Virus record (IMG/VR): IMGVR_UViG_3300037461_000748
Span: 1 to 64,000 of that record
Length of the DNA stretch: 64,000 nucleotides
Strand: one strand, 5' to 3'
Source of the DNA: a virus
In this document: positions 35,556 through 45,900 of the stretch, one piece after another
Layout of the letters: every line of letters starts with the position of its first letter
Numbering within the stretch: the first letter of the stretch is position 1
The notes under the pieces: model-generated
What the model saw: only the letters and a program-made list of their open reading frames with translations
Database searches by the model: none
What the model was told of the DNA's origin: nothing
Position numbers and translations under genes: made by a program

Positions 35556-37427
35556 TTATGGCTCGCCTCTAGTGGCTCCTTTTGTCTTAACCTTTGGAAG
35601 TTGCTTAGGCTTATAAGGTGGATTCTGCTCAACGCCAACTGGCTCCATTTGAAAACCCGCTGCGGCTAATTCCTGCGATTGATATAGCTGCATAGTCTGC
35701 ATACGCTTTATAACTAAAGCGTAGGTAGTGGGCATTTTATTAGCCATCTCTATTAACTTCTTTTCTTGAACCTCAGGTGGTAAAGATAACAATTCAAAAG
35801 CAAACTTCTCAATGAGTTTTAACGGATCTTCTGGAATACCCATGTTTTCTTTGGCAAGTTCTTCCTGGAAAAGTTCAGCTTGAGCTTTAAGTTCTTCTTG
35901 AGCTGCCGCAATTCTTGCTCTTGTTTGATACCTTGCCTGTATTACCATTGCTTCACCTTGAGCCTCTGCTTCTGCTCTTAACGATGCAATTGTTTCGTCT
36001 AATTTACTTGCACGTCCTTTGCGTAATGCGTCTTGTTCCTCATCATACTGCAATCCGAATTCATCTAACAGTCGTGCATCTGAAATTTTACCTTGTGCAC
36101 TTAATTCTACGGCTAATTGTTTTTCTTGGGCGTCATCAGACATTTTAAATTTCTTAAACTTAACCTCTGCCTTTGGGTATTTTAGCATCGATACAAGTTT
36201 ATCTATTAAGAAAAAGTTAACAAAGTCTAATAACAACTCTCTATAAGTTAAGAAATGGTTCTCTACGATGCGTAACGATATTGAAGAACCTGTCCAGGTG
36301 GTTCCTCCTTTAACGAACTCAATTGGAACTCCAAGAGAGTTAATTATACTTTCTTCGATGAACTTCATTTCAGGTGTTAGAAGAAGTGCTCTAGCATTTC
36401 CCCCTAGCTCCTGATAACCAATTGGAATTGGAAATATCCCAATGTGATTTGGGTCAGTTTTCCACTTCTTAATCTGTTCTTCCATTTGGCCGCGCCACTT
36501 CCCAAGGTTCATCTGGGTGTAGGGATCAAGTGTTGTAGTATTCGCAGGAAATATACTTTTTTTCGGAACAACATGCTCATGTGATATGGCTTCATTACCA
36601 CGCTTAAGAGTTTGTAAATAATAAATTTCTTTAAGAGCAGGTAATATTATAGGCTTTCCCCAACCCATGTCATCTTCCGCCAGCGTAGGTCTCTTAAAAT
36701 GATATAAGTTATTATCGTCTAATACGATGGATTTCTTTTCACGCAGCGCTTCGAGAAACACTTCCGGAACTTCTTTTAGTAGCGCCTTATCTCCACGCAT
36801 TAGGCCTGCTTTAATCTTCTGTGGAATATTATAATAATAAATACTTGTTCCAGTTAACGGATTAAAATCAATTTCAATATTTTCAGGAGCATATCTTAAC
36901 AACTTAAAATTATCAATGCTTTTAATATGTTCGTCGATAATTTTGAATTCGACTCCGCTAGTATTGCACTTTGGACATGTTCCTATTAATTTGAAATTTC
37001 TCAGCTTATATTCTTTTATGCTGTCAATTGGAGATAATTCTTCGCACTTTGAACATTTAAAGAAACGTCTAGGCTTCATGTAAACAGATATAAAGCAATT
37101 ACCATACGTAAAATAATCAAGACCTATCTCTATTAGAAAGCTCTTTAATTTAATCTTTTTATTAAAGGCGTAAATATACTTTTCTCTAGTATCCTTGGAT
37201 ACCGTAGTCTCAAACAATACATCTGTAATTGGGTACTCTGTAAGCTTAGTCACTACATTTCTTAGAAATCCATTAGTGTAGAAAAACGTTCTGCAAAACT
37301 TAAACAACGTCTTAATATTATTAGGAATGTAGTTATTAGCTAAATCAAAAAACGGATTTGGATATCTAGTACGGTTATAAACCGAAGTAGTGCTTAGATC
37401 CGCCTCTTCTAATGGTCTTACTGACAT
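35556..37427 (-). CDS. Putative portal protein with Zn-ribbon insert
   Basis: YPNPFFD, KLTEYPITD, LDYFTYGNCF, LYHFKRPTL..GWGKP, LGVPIEF, coiled-coil C-terminus; start of the structural block. Confidence 0.75.
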   Translation of the reverse strand: MSVRPLEEADLSTTSVYNRTRYPNPFFDLANNYIPNNIKTLFKFCRTFFYTNGFLRNVVTKLTEYPITDVLFETTVSKDTREKYIYAFNKKIKLKSFLIEIGLDYFTYGNCFISVYMKPRRFFKCSKCEELSPIDSIKEYKLRNFKLIGTCPKCNTSGVEFKIIDEHIKSIDNFKLLRYAPENIEIDFNPLTGTSIYYYNIPQKIKAGLMRGDKALLKEVPEVFLEALREKKSIVLDDNNLYHFKRPTLAEDDMGWGKPIILPALKEIYYLQTLKRGNEAISHEHVVPKKSIFPANTTTLDPYTQMNLGKWRGQMEEQIKKWKTDPNHIGIFPIPIGYQELGGNARALLLTPEMKFIEESIINSLGVPIEFVKGGTTWTGSSISLRIVENHFLTYRELLLDFVNFFLIDKLVSMLKYPKAEVKFKKFKMSDDAQEKQLAVELSAQGKISDARLLDEFGLQYDEEQDALRKGRASKLDETIASLRAEAEAQGEAMVIQARYQTRARIAAAQEELKAQAELFQEELAKENMGIPEDPLKLIEKFAFELLSLPPEVQEKKLIEMANKMPTTYALVIKRMQTMQLYQSQELAAAGFQMEPVGVEQNPPYKPKQLPKVKTKGATRGEP

Positions 37428-37431
37428 TTAT

Positions 37432-37638
37432 TTACTCACCTTGTTTTTGTAAATATTTAAGTAACCTGCTTTTTGTATTGTCATCTATTTTTGTTGGTAA
37501 CTCCTCTCCAGTTTGTTTTTTATAGGCTTTTCTGTACCTCGGCATAAATACTCTATTAAAATACCAATCTTTTTCTTCATCTGTAAGCTTGGTAAATTGT
37601 TTTGCCAATTTTTCAAAGACAATATCAGCTTTATCCAT
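37432..37638 (-). CDS. Small protein with MDKAD..FEKLA leader
   Basis: Shared leader. Confidence 0.7.
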   Translation of the reverse strand: MDKADIVFEKLAKQFTKLTDEEKDWYFNRVFMPRYRKAYKKQTGEELPTKIDDNTKSRLLKYLQKQGE

Positions 37639-38104
37639 TTTTTAAATACTCCATGATCTTTAAATACTTTAGTGCCTGTATTCCCCAGAAATCTTCTTGA
37701 AGAGGAAATGGCCCATCATTGGCCAATGCTTTCACTTTTTCAAGATACGGGTTCTCAATGTCAAGCATCGGATGATAAAAATAATATCCGTTGTCATTAA
37801 AGATATATTTAATATACATTAACACTTCGTGAGCCAACTCTATCTTTGGATGAATCTTATAGATTATGTCTAATGCTCTCCAAATAAACTCTGGCTTTGA
37901 TCCTTCAGTCTCTTTAATATTAGGGCTAACATTATTCAGCACTAATATAGCATTCTCGAATATGTCCATGTCTTCATAGGCAGCGCGAGTGCTCATTAAT
38001 ACCCTTAGAACTTGTATCTGTTCTTTATCTATATCGGTAAGAAACGGATATAGTCTGCTAATGGTTTCTGGTTCGAGATCTTCTATTTGTAATAAGTCTT
38101 TCAT
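37631..38104 (-). CDS. Hypothetical head-module protein
   Basis: 157-aa ORF in operon. Confidence 0.7.
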   Translation of the reverse strand: MKDLLQIEDLEPETISRLYPFLTDIDKEQIQVLRVLMSTRAAYEDMDIFENAILVLNNVSPNIKETEGSKPEFIWRALDIIYKIHPKIELAHEVLMYIKYIFNDNGYYFYHPMLDIENPYLEKVKALANDGPFPLQEDFWGIQALKYLKIMEYLKNG

Positions 38105-38109
38105 TGTAA

Positions 38110-38466
38110 TTACACTATGTCATATTTAAGGGAAGACCCGCCACGTACATTTGGCGTCATATCCAATATCATTCTTAGTGAAGGACCCCCGGATTGTTTT
38201 GGTTTTAGCACTTGTGATGTACGATAAACAGGGACCTTTTTTACATGTCTAAATTTAGCCGCTATTTCTGCATTATAAAATTTGCCTATGCGTCTCCCTA
38301 TATTATTTCGAATTTTTCTTGCAGTAGTTATAAATGGATCATTTGGGTCAATAGTCTTAAAAAACTTTCTCATGTCCTCCCGTCTTCTAAGCATAGCTAT
38401 TCGTGCCCTATGAAGTGTTCCTTCACTAAGTGCTAGTTTTTCGAATATTAAACCCGGTTTATCCAT
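38110..38466 (-). CDS. Basic protein with MDKP..FEKLA leader
   Basis: Shared leader. Confidence 0.7.
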   Translation of the reverse strand: MDKPGLIFEKLALSEGTLHRARIAMLRRREDMRKFFKTIDPNDPFITTARKIRNNIGRRIGKFYNAEIAAKFRHVKKVPVYRTSQVLKPKQSGGPSLRMILDMTPNVRGGSSLKYDIV

Positions 38467-38670
38467 TTATGCAGCTCTCCGTCTTGTTCCAACTGGGGGT
38501 AATTTTGCTTTGCCCTCTTGCATCATTTTAACGGCATCGTCATATGACACACCATAGTGTGTCATAACTCTTTCAACTTCTGATTTTGCAAAGTTTCTCA
38601 TCCCTCTGCCATGGCGAGAACCTCCAATGAATCGTGATAACTTTTCAAATACTTGTTCTGCTTTGTTCAT
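38467..38670 (-). CDS. Small basic protein with MNKAE..FEKLS leader
   Basis: Shared leader. Confidence 0.7.
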   Translation of the reverse strand: MNKAEQVFEKLSRFIGGSRHGRGMRNFAKSEVERVMTHYGVSYDDAVKMMQEGKAKLPPVGTRRRAA

Positions 38671-38692
38671 TTTATTAAATTAATCCTCTAAT

Positions 38693-38965
38693 TTATTCTA
38701 GAGAATAGTGTCTATTCCCATTATTATCCTTGTACGGCTTGTCAGGCTTCGGAAGATCTTTGTCCCATTTAAATTTAGCATTAAACGCTCCATCACCATC
38801 TACTCCAATGGTAATCGTTCGGGAACTGCCCATAGCTCCTAGAGTTTCCATGTATTCTAAGATGCCCAAGAACTGAGGAATAGACTGGGTAGGCATTCTA
38901 ACTTGAATGTTAAAAGTCTTATAATCTAATGCTAACTTTTTAAATAACTTTTCTACCTTATCCAA
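38693..38965 (-). CDS. Small protein with MDKVE..FKKLA leader
   Basis: Shared leader; MGSSRTI..VDGDG. Confidence 0.7.
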   Translation of the reverse strand: MDKVEKLFKKLALDYKTFNIQVRMPTQSIPQFLGILEYMETLGAMGSSRTITIGVDGDGAFNAKFKWDKDLPKPDKPYKDNNGNRHYSLE

Positions 38966-38969
38966 TTTA

Positions 38970-39947
38970 TTAATCCTCCAATTGCGCTTCCATCAAACAT
39001 CCTCTAGCTACAGCTGTTAATGGCTCATTAACTAGGCGGATATCTGATATTCGTAGTGGAAATTGTTTTTGTTGAAACTGGTCTTTAAATACTTCAATGA
39101 ACCCGTTAACCATTGAAGAGCCTCCAGCTAACACAATTGGTACTTCTCTTGGAAAATTAGGCATTTCACGAGATTCAAATTGTGTAGCAATGTTAGATAA
39201 TAGGTATCTTATTAAGGCTTCATAATAGCTCTTAATTGCCTGTTGTTCCCTAGTTCTTTCGACTTTAGAAGCAGGGTCAATGGTGTAGTTACTCTGTTCC
39301 TTAATACCTTGGGCACGCGCCTTCGGAATTCCACAGTCTCTAGACACATTATCATCAATCCAGTCTCCACCTTTAGCAACACTGAACTGTAATGCACTTA
39401 TGCCCATGTACATTATTGCAACATTACACATTCCTGCGCCCATACTCATTGCAATGCCCGTATACTCATCGCTCTTTAAACCTTCCATTCCCAGTGCTAC
39501 TGCTTCATTGATACTTCTAGCCTCGTATCCGAAGCTCTCGATGATATTTTTTAATACATCTGAATGGTAGTTTGTCTCTCGTTCTTGATCTAATGGATGC
39601 CCAGGAATACAATAAACAACTTTGTCTTGTGCTTCAGGTTTTTCTAGTAATCCACCTACGATCAACCGTAGGATTGGTAGAGCGTCTTGTTCTGTTGGAT
39701 TTAATAGACCCTGGGACATAGGACGTTTTAATTCAGCAGTTCCGAATACTTGGGCATATTCATAAGCTTTTCGACCTACGATGTGTAATCTATTATCTAT
39801 TTCAACAAATGGAACTTTTAGCAGTTTTAGTTGTTTAGTAGTTGTGACTTCTTTATTAACTGTTAAAAAAGCATTTCTTTGTAACCTTATGCCTTTCTGA
39901 TCGGCAACTACGAAATTGCCAGTACCGCAATCTAAACCTTTTGTCAT
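38970..39947 (-). CDS. Actin-like ATPase (MreB/ParM/MamK-like)
   Basis: GLDCGTG phosphate-1, RPMSQG, NEAVA, SMGAGMCN phosphate-2, GGDWID, LAGGSS, AVARG. Confidence 0.85.
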   Translation of the reverse strand: MTKGLDCGTGNFVVADQKGIRLQRNAFLTVNKEVTTTKQLKLLKVPFVEIDNRLHIVGRKAYEYAQVFGTAELKRPMSQGLLNPTEQDALPILRLIVGGLLEKPEAQDKVVYCIPGHPLDQERETNYHSDVLKNIIESFGYEARSINEAVALGMEGLKSDEYTGIAMSMGAGMCNVAIMYMGISALQFSVAKGGDWIDDNVSRDCGIPKARAQGIKEQSNYTIDPASKVERTREQQAIKSYYEALIRYLLSNIATQFESREMPNFPREVPIVLAGGSSMVNGFIEVFKDQFQQKQFPLRISDIRLVNEPLTAVARGCLMEAQLED

Positions 39948-39953
39948 ATTAAT

Positions 39954-40295
39954 TTACTCTGATTTGTAATTCTCACCCTCTAAAGATATTTCTCCAACTT
40001 TAACATCTTTCCAAGGTTGAGTAGTTATTTTATCTATTTTTACTTCTTTGTCTTTCGCCTCTATTTTTTGAGTTTCCTCTTTAAATAAAGCATTTGTTCC
40101 TCCAGAAGTTATAATCTTAATGCTATCCTTTGGAACATTAATGACAACATTTCTCTTTTTAGTTAACCCATATAAGGCCAACAATAGTGTAGCCCAAATT
40201 TCGGGTTTGTAAGTTGTAGCAAATCCAAACATCGTTGTCATCACCATTGATGATAATATCAATGTTAGTACAGCGATAATTATCCAGACTTTCAT
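39954..40295 (-). CDS. Membrane protein (two TM helices; holin-like possible)
   Basis: Hydrophobic N-terminal half and charged tail. Confidence 0.55.
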   Translation of the reverse strand: MKVWIIIAVLTLILSSMVMTTMFGFATTYKPEIWATLLLALYGLTKKRNVVINVPKDSIKIITSGGTNALFKEETQKIEAKDKEVKIDKITTQPWKDVKVGEISLEGENYKSE

Positions 40296-41371
40296 TTTAT
40301 CAGGTTCAACACTTCCCGTCTTACTGGCTTTGGTAGCGAAGCTAATACTTCTAAACCCTCTTCGCCCTTTAATTCTGCTATCACACTATTTCCCACGATG
40401 GGGGTAAGGTCTTCGTTCGATAATTTAACTAATTGTTCTTTTGTAACTCTCACATCATCGATAACTGCCCCGGCCTCTTTCTTAATATCCATTACAGCCA
40501 TTAATGGGTCTGCCAAGCCTCTTCCATAGTTAGAGGCTAGTCCTGTTTGTTTATCAACTACGTATAATGCTGCGGCAGTCTTATTAGGGCCAATTTCTGC
40601 AGATTTAATTAATAATTCATTATATAAACCTCTTTCTTCGTTCTGAGATTCTCTTAAGAAAGATAATCTCGATTCAATGTGATGTTTGAAATCATTTCTG
40701 AAATTTGTAGTATCAAGATTAGCATACTTATTAACACCTCTGTCAGAAAGATCCACTTTCAGCTCTTTTGCTGCTTTTGTAACGTTTAAAGCGTATTCAA
40801 GCTTTGTATTGGGTGAAAAGGAATTATGATAGGTGTCAAAATACTCAGCTGCCTTCTCAACCTCAAGTTTTGTATTTATAGGATATTCACCATCAGATGT
40901 AGCAAACCGCTTACTGGCCTTCTTAGTCTTACTTGCAAACTTAACAGAGTCTATCTGCCTCACATCTAATAAGTTCTCTATGAAAATATCAGATGCATAC
41001 TTTTCAAGTGCCGGAGGCACTTGTAAACCAAATCCTTTAGCAGCACAGGTAAGATTAGCTCCAGCAATTTTTACCACTTCTTCTGGAAGATTATCAGCGT
41101 TATTAGCTAATAGTGCCAGATTGATCTCGGTTACAGCTGGTTCGTTCATTGCGAACTTGTTAAATTTACCAATGGTTGGATGCCATAATACTATGCCAAA
41201 TTTATTTTCATCCATGTCCTGTGTTTCTTCCACCGTAGGTACATAAGCTTTCTTAGCGGCTTCTGACAAAGGTGCAACCACATCTGCTAGCTTTTCTAGA
41301 CTTTCATTTACAATGTAATCCACAACATCTAATGTTGAGCTAATAACACTGTTCATTAGAATATTCTCCAC
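40292..41371 (-). CDS. Putative head-assembly protein with repeated K-x-A motifs
   Basis: EKLA, KIAG, KFAS, EKAA, KYAN, KSAE, KEAG; YPI motif. Confidence 0.6.
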   Translation of the reverse strand: MENILMNSVISSTLDVVDYIVNESLEKLADVVAPLSEAAKKAYVPTVEETQDMDENKFGIVLWHPTIGKFNKFAMNEPAVTEINLALLANNADNLPEEVVKIAGANLTCAAKGFGLQVPPALEKYASDIFIENLLDVRQIDSVKFASKTKKASKRFATSDGEYPINTKLEVEKAAEYFDTYHNSFSPNTKLEYALNVTKAAKELKVDLSDRGVNKYANLDTTNFRNDFKHHIESRLSFLRESQNEERGLYNELLIKSAEIGPNKTAAALYVVDKQTGLASNYGRGLADPLMAVMDIKKEAGAVIDDVRVTKEQLVKLSNEDLTPIVGNSVIAELKGEEGLEVLASLPKPVRREVLNLIK

Positions 41372-41944
41372 TTAACTTTTATAATCTTGTAAAAATGAGT
41401 ATAATACATTTCCCGGGCAATTTTCTTTTCCAAAATCTTTGTGTCCAAAGACTTTGCTTTTATTAATAACCAGACCCTTAGTATGTTCTTCGTTTTCATT
41501 GTTTGTGTAAGCAAGTATTAATTTTTTTAAACTATTAACCTGCTCAGCTGTTGGTTCTTGTGAACCATTATAACTTGGCCCGGAAAAGTTACCTAATACT
41601 AAGATTCCAATTGAATTTGAATTTTGTCCCTTGCAGTGCCAAACAACACTAGTAAGAGAATTTACATTATAGACAATACCGTTCCTATCTATTACGTAAT
41701 GGTAACAAATATGAGGAGCGCCGGCATGACTAATATGATTATTAGGGCTTGGAGTAATATGATACGCATTAACATTTTTTAACGATCCTGTGCTGGCGGA
41801 TTGATGAATTATAATGCTGTCAATGTCGGTTAGTGACCTTGTAGACCAACGTCTATTAACATGCCAGGGTAAGACATTTATGTAATCTTTAACAATTACT
41901 ACATTTGTACTTTCCATTTTTCTACCAATTGTACTTTGTATCAT
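41372..41944 (-). CDS. N-acetylmuramoyl-L-alanine amidase (Amidase_2) endolysin
   Basis: IIIHQS, ICYHYVI, WHCKGQNSNSIGI, GHKDF..CPG Zn ligands. Confidence 0.9.
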   Translation of the reverse strand: MIQSTIGRKMESTNVVIVKDYINVLPWHVNRRWSTRSLTDIDSIIIHQSASTGSLKNVNAYHITPSPNNHISHAGAPHICYHYVIDRNGIVYNVNSLTSVVWHCKGQNSNSIGILVLGNFSGPSYNGSQEPTAEQVNSLKKLILAYTNNENEEHTKGLVINKSKVFGHKDFGKENCPGNVLYSFLQDYKS

Positions 41945-41958
41945 ATTTTATAACGAAA

Positions 41959-42732
41959 TTATTTAATGAAATAAAGTGCTCCTATCTTGAAACCCTCTGT
42001 TCCATAGCCAGCAGCAAGTCCGTAATTTCCCATGCCTAAGATTCCGAAGCCGTCTATGGATTTAGTATTAGCCAATACACAGAAACCAATCTTTGTTTTT
42101 TCAAAAAAAGATCTCTTATAAGTTTGATATCTAGTGTCAATGTTTGTAATAAAGACTCCAGTATCTCTAGTATTTACAAATGTCTCCCATGTGCCATTTT
42201 TATTTTCAACAGTAGCTATTTCTAGTGCAATGTCCGCTTTAATAGTACGAAAGCTGATATCCCATGGATCATCTTTCATAAAATCTCCTGTAAGATGAAA
42301 CGGACCCTTTGCGATATCAAATAACCTAACACCGAATGTTTTCTGAGTGAGATAGTCTATTTTTAAGGAATCCTTTGTATGAACGTCTTTAATACTATCT
42401 TGTAACTGAGCAACTATTTCAGTGTAGTTTTTAATTTCAACATTTTTCTTGCTTAACAACTTTCCTAGGCGCTTATTCTCTATGCGAATTTCCTCAACTA
42501 AAGTTGTTAATTTCTTAACAGCCATGCTGTCAACTATTGTTACTGTATCTACTTTAGCTAATTCATTTTGGAGCCGCATTTGCTCTTTCTCTAATGAACT
42601 AACTTTGTAAGTATGGTAAACACTGCCCGCGATGAATAACACGAGCAGTGCTCCAATTAATGCCTTTAACAGGGTGTCTTTAAGACTTTTTTCCATCTTC
42701 AGCAGATTGCTCAACGATGTCTTCACTATCAT
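41959..42732 (-). CDS. Membrane-anchored coiled-coil protein (spanin-like); true start probably ~42696
   Basis: N-terminal TM helix, coiled coil, C-terminal beta strands; next to the endolysin. Confidence 0.55.
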   Translation of the reverse strand: MIVKTSLSNLLKMEKSLKDTLLKALIGALLVLFIAGSVYHTYKVSSLEKEQMRLQNELAKVDTVTIVDSMAVKKLTTLVEEIRIENKRLGKLLSKKNVEIKNYTEIVAQLQDSIKDVHTKDSLKIDYLTQKTFGVRLFDIAKGPFHLTGDFMKDDPWDISFRTIKADIALEIATVENKNGTWETFVNTRDTGVFITNIDTRYQTYKRSFFEKTKIGFCVLANTKSIDGFGILGMGNYGLAAGYGTEGFKIGALYFIK

Positions 42733-42913
42733 CAGATAAGAGATCTCTCAATGCGGCTATCTGTCCTCTAGTGTAATCGTGTGCTTCTTTAGTTTGTCTA
42801 ATGGCCATACCTAGTTTATCAATTTGTTCTTGCCATTGTGCTACTTGCTGTTCACGGGCAGCCTGCTCTTCTGTTAATTTACCTAATTTCTCTTTAATTT
42901 TTATAAAGTTCAT
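42680..42913 (-). CDS. Small coiled-coil protein
   Basis: First gene after the promoter at 42957-42985. Confidence 0.65.
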   Translation of the reverse strand: MNFIKIKEKLGKLTEEQAAREQQVAQWQEQIDKLGMAIRQTKEAHDYTRGQIAALRDLLSDDSEDIVEQSAEDGKKS

Positions 42914-42956
42914 AACTATAATTGGTTTTATGTAGATTGGGTTTTGTTATACTTAT

Positions 42957-42985
42957 AATATAAACATTTTTATCATCAAATGCAA
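42957..42985 (-). promoter_or_regulatory. sigma70-like promoter TTGCAT-17bp-TATATT for the lysis/head operon
   Basis: 24-bp identity with 33443-33466. Confidence 0.65.
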
Positions 42986-42992
42986 TATTTAA

Positions 42993-45900
42993 TTAGTTGC
43001 CAAACAGCCCTAATAATACTAAGTCATCAATAATTGCTTTGACAACGCCTTTTAATAAGTCGAAGTCTTGTCCAACTGCATTCAAACTTCTTGTTAACGA
43101 TGGACCAGTTGTGTTATAACCAGATCTCCGCGTAGTTGGAGTAACACTATAAAAACCTACGTTCGATCCAGTATGAGCTAAATTTGCTGCCCACGTTGTT
43201 GCCCCAGTGACAGTCAATGCTCCACCAACTGTAAGATTATTATCAATGGCAACATTTCCACTAGCGAACCTACCTGCATAGGCAGATGCTCCTCCGGTGG
43301 CTGTAGCATATAATCCATAAACTGTTCCAGTTCCGTTACTTGATGCTGCAATGCTTGAACCATATACATTATTAGCATTACTTGCTAAGGTGATACTCGC
43401 TGAAATCTGATCACCATATACTAGCCCGCTTCCAGCAGTAGTTGCGATAATTTTATCTCCAATGACTGTATCATTTGAACGAGGAGATGTAACTTGAGAT
43501 TCAATTTTAGATCCTCGTCTCTCATACACTGTTCCTGAGGTGTCTCCATCGATGATCTGTTTAAACCATACACACTCTGTATCAGACGTAGTATTAGTTG
43601 CATACATAGTTCCTATGAATGCACGATAACTATCCTCGTGTCTATTAACAACTCCTATGTCATATGGAGTCATTACCCCGGCACTCTCTTTAGCTGGGTC
43701 AGCGTTGTCCCTGGCGTAAAATACAGGAGAGTCTGGAGGAGTATTGTCCCTAGAACCATACATTACGATTCCAGGTTGAGATCCAAAGATTGCGTCATTT
43801 ATTTCGATAATTAAGTCATTCTGTGGATTATACCAGTATAAATTGCCGTTTAATCCATCTAATTCAATTCTTTGCCCACTAGTATCTCCAAAGTACGAAG
43901 TTCCATCTACATATAAATCCTCTTCAATATGAACCCGCCCATTTTCAAAATAACCTGCGTAAGCAATTCCGCTTCCAGTATGCTGGGCATTACCATGAAC
44001 TCCTATGGCGTAGTCAGTATTAGCTCCTCCCATGATAGCTCTTCCATACACCCCGGCTCTCTTCTTAAGCGATGTATCATTGTGACTAGATGAATAATAT
44101 CCATATACTCCCCGCGCTTCTGAGGAATCTGCGTAGGAAGTGGAACCGTATAATCCATAAGTTGTTCCTGAGGTGCCAGCAGCCGCAAAAATATGAGTAT
44201 TATAAATTCCAGTATATCCACCACCGCCACTAGAATCGTATGAATAAATCATACCTTTGTCAATGGCTATTCCAGGAAGTCCTCCAAAAACGCCATCATC
44301 TATCCATAATACCCTGTCACCGTTAGAGTCATAGAAATTTAATTGTCCGGAACTTCCACTGATAACAATTTGTTGTGCTCCATCAGTTCCACAATAAATA
44401 TCTCCAATGACCCTTAGTTCGTTTTCTAGAGTTACTACACCACTGGCAGTAATTTCGTATGCCTGTAAATTAGCAAGATCAGTAGTGCCAGTAGACGTTA
44501 GGTTTGTGCTAACGTCAAGAGTATCGATTGCAGCCGTAGTAATATTAACTATGCTTGATGTAGCCTGCATAATTGATGCTACAGTCAAATAGTTAGTAGT
44601 AATTGCCCCAATTGTGATATTAGCGCTTGATGCATTGAACTTATTAGTAACCGTTAAATCTCTAATTCTGGCAGTATTAGTGTAAGTGGCAGGAGTACCA
44701 TTATAAGAATACCATGTCTGATAAACTCCAAGGGGCCCTGTGGCCTGTAATTGATCATTATAATAGTCAAACGCAATTCCAGACGCCAACGTATTACCAG
44801 CAAATACTAATCTAGCAACATCAGTGCTAAAGATTCTCATACTATTAGCTACTCTTAAGTAATCTGGGTAATTGTTTGTATTATCTAACTTATTAGCACC
44901 AAAGGCTGCCCCACCAATGGTCACTACGCCATCTGATGTAATACCGGCCATTAGTCCACCTTCATCATAAACATCGTTTAAATCAATTGGCCAGCGAATG
45001 GTCTGTCCTTGGAAGTTATCAGAAGTGTACATCGTACCAATGTTCATCGAGGTAATACTCATGGTATCAGTGATGATGTTAGTTGCCGTAATATTTTCAA
45101 AGTTTGCATTTACACCATAGACATCCTCGTTGGTAGTGATATTCGCCGTTGCATGAATACTTCCTGCTACATCTAGTGTGTAAGCTGGCTCTGTTACGTC
45201 ATATAATCCAATTCTACCCTGGGAGTCTATTACGAATCGATACTTATCAGCAGCATAGTCATAGATTCCAAAACTTCCTTTACCTGTTGCAGAGTCTTCT
45301 GGAATAGAACCAACTACGATGTCATAGCGTCTTTGTCCTGGTCCTGTAGTATTAAATTTAATAGCTTTATTATGCTCTTCTTCTGTAATCTTAATTCCAC
45401 CATTTACAATGGTGAATTTATCTGTGGCAGAGTAATCGCCTAAAATTACACGCCCTTGAGAATCAATTACAAAATAGTTGTAATTAAATTCTCTGTCTTT
45501 ATCTATGCGAAGTGTTTGTGTTGCAGCATCCATCGCTAAGACAAAGGTATTAGGATTAGATACTCCAGCACTAAACATCAATGCGGAGTTATAACTCCCT
45601 GTATTAGGAATAGTTAGTTTTAACTGTGGACCAGTTGGATGTTTAATTTCTACATTTGTTCCAGAGTTATCAGTTCCAAAGGTAGCAGAATTAGCTGATA
45701 CGTCTATGAATAAGTCATTAGACACTGTTACGTCGTCACTTACAGTGACAGTACTAGTAAATGTAGAAGAACCATCAACACTTAAATTATTATCAAGGGT
45801 AAGATTTCCAGCAGCTACATCATTTAATGTAGATGCACCAGTAACATGTAATGTTCCAGTAATGTCAACTGTGTACGCCGGACTAGAATTTAATACTCCA

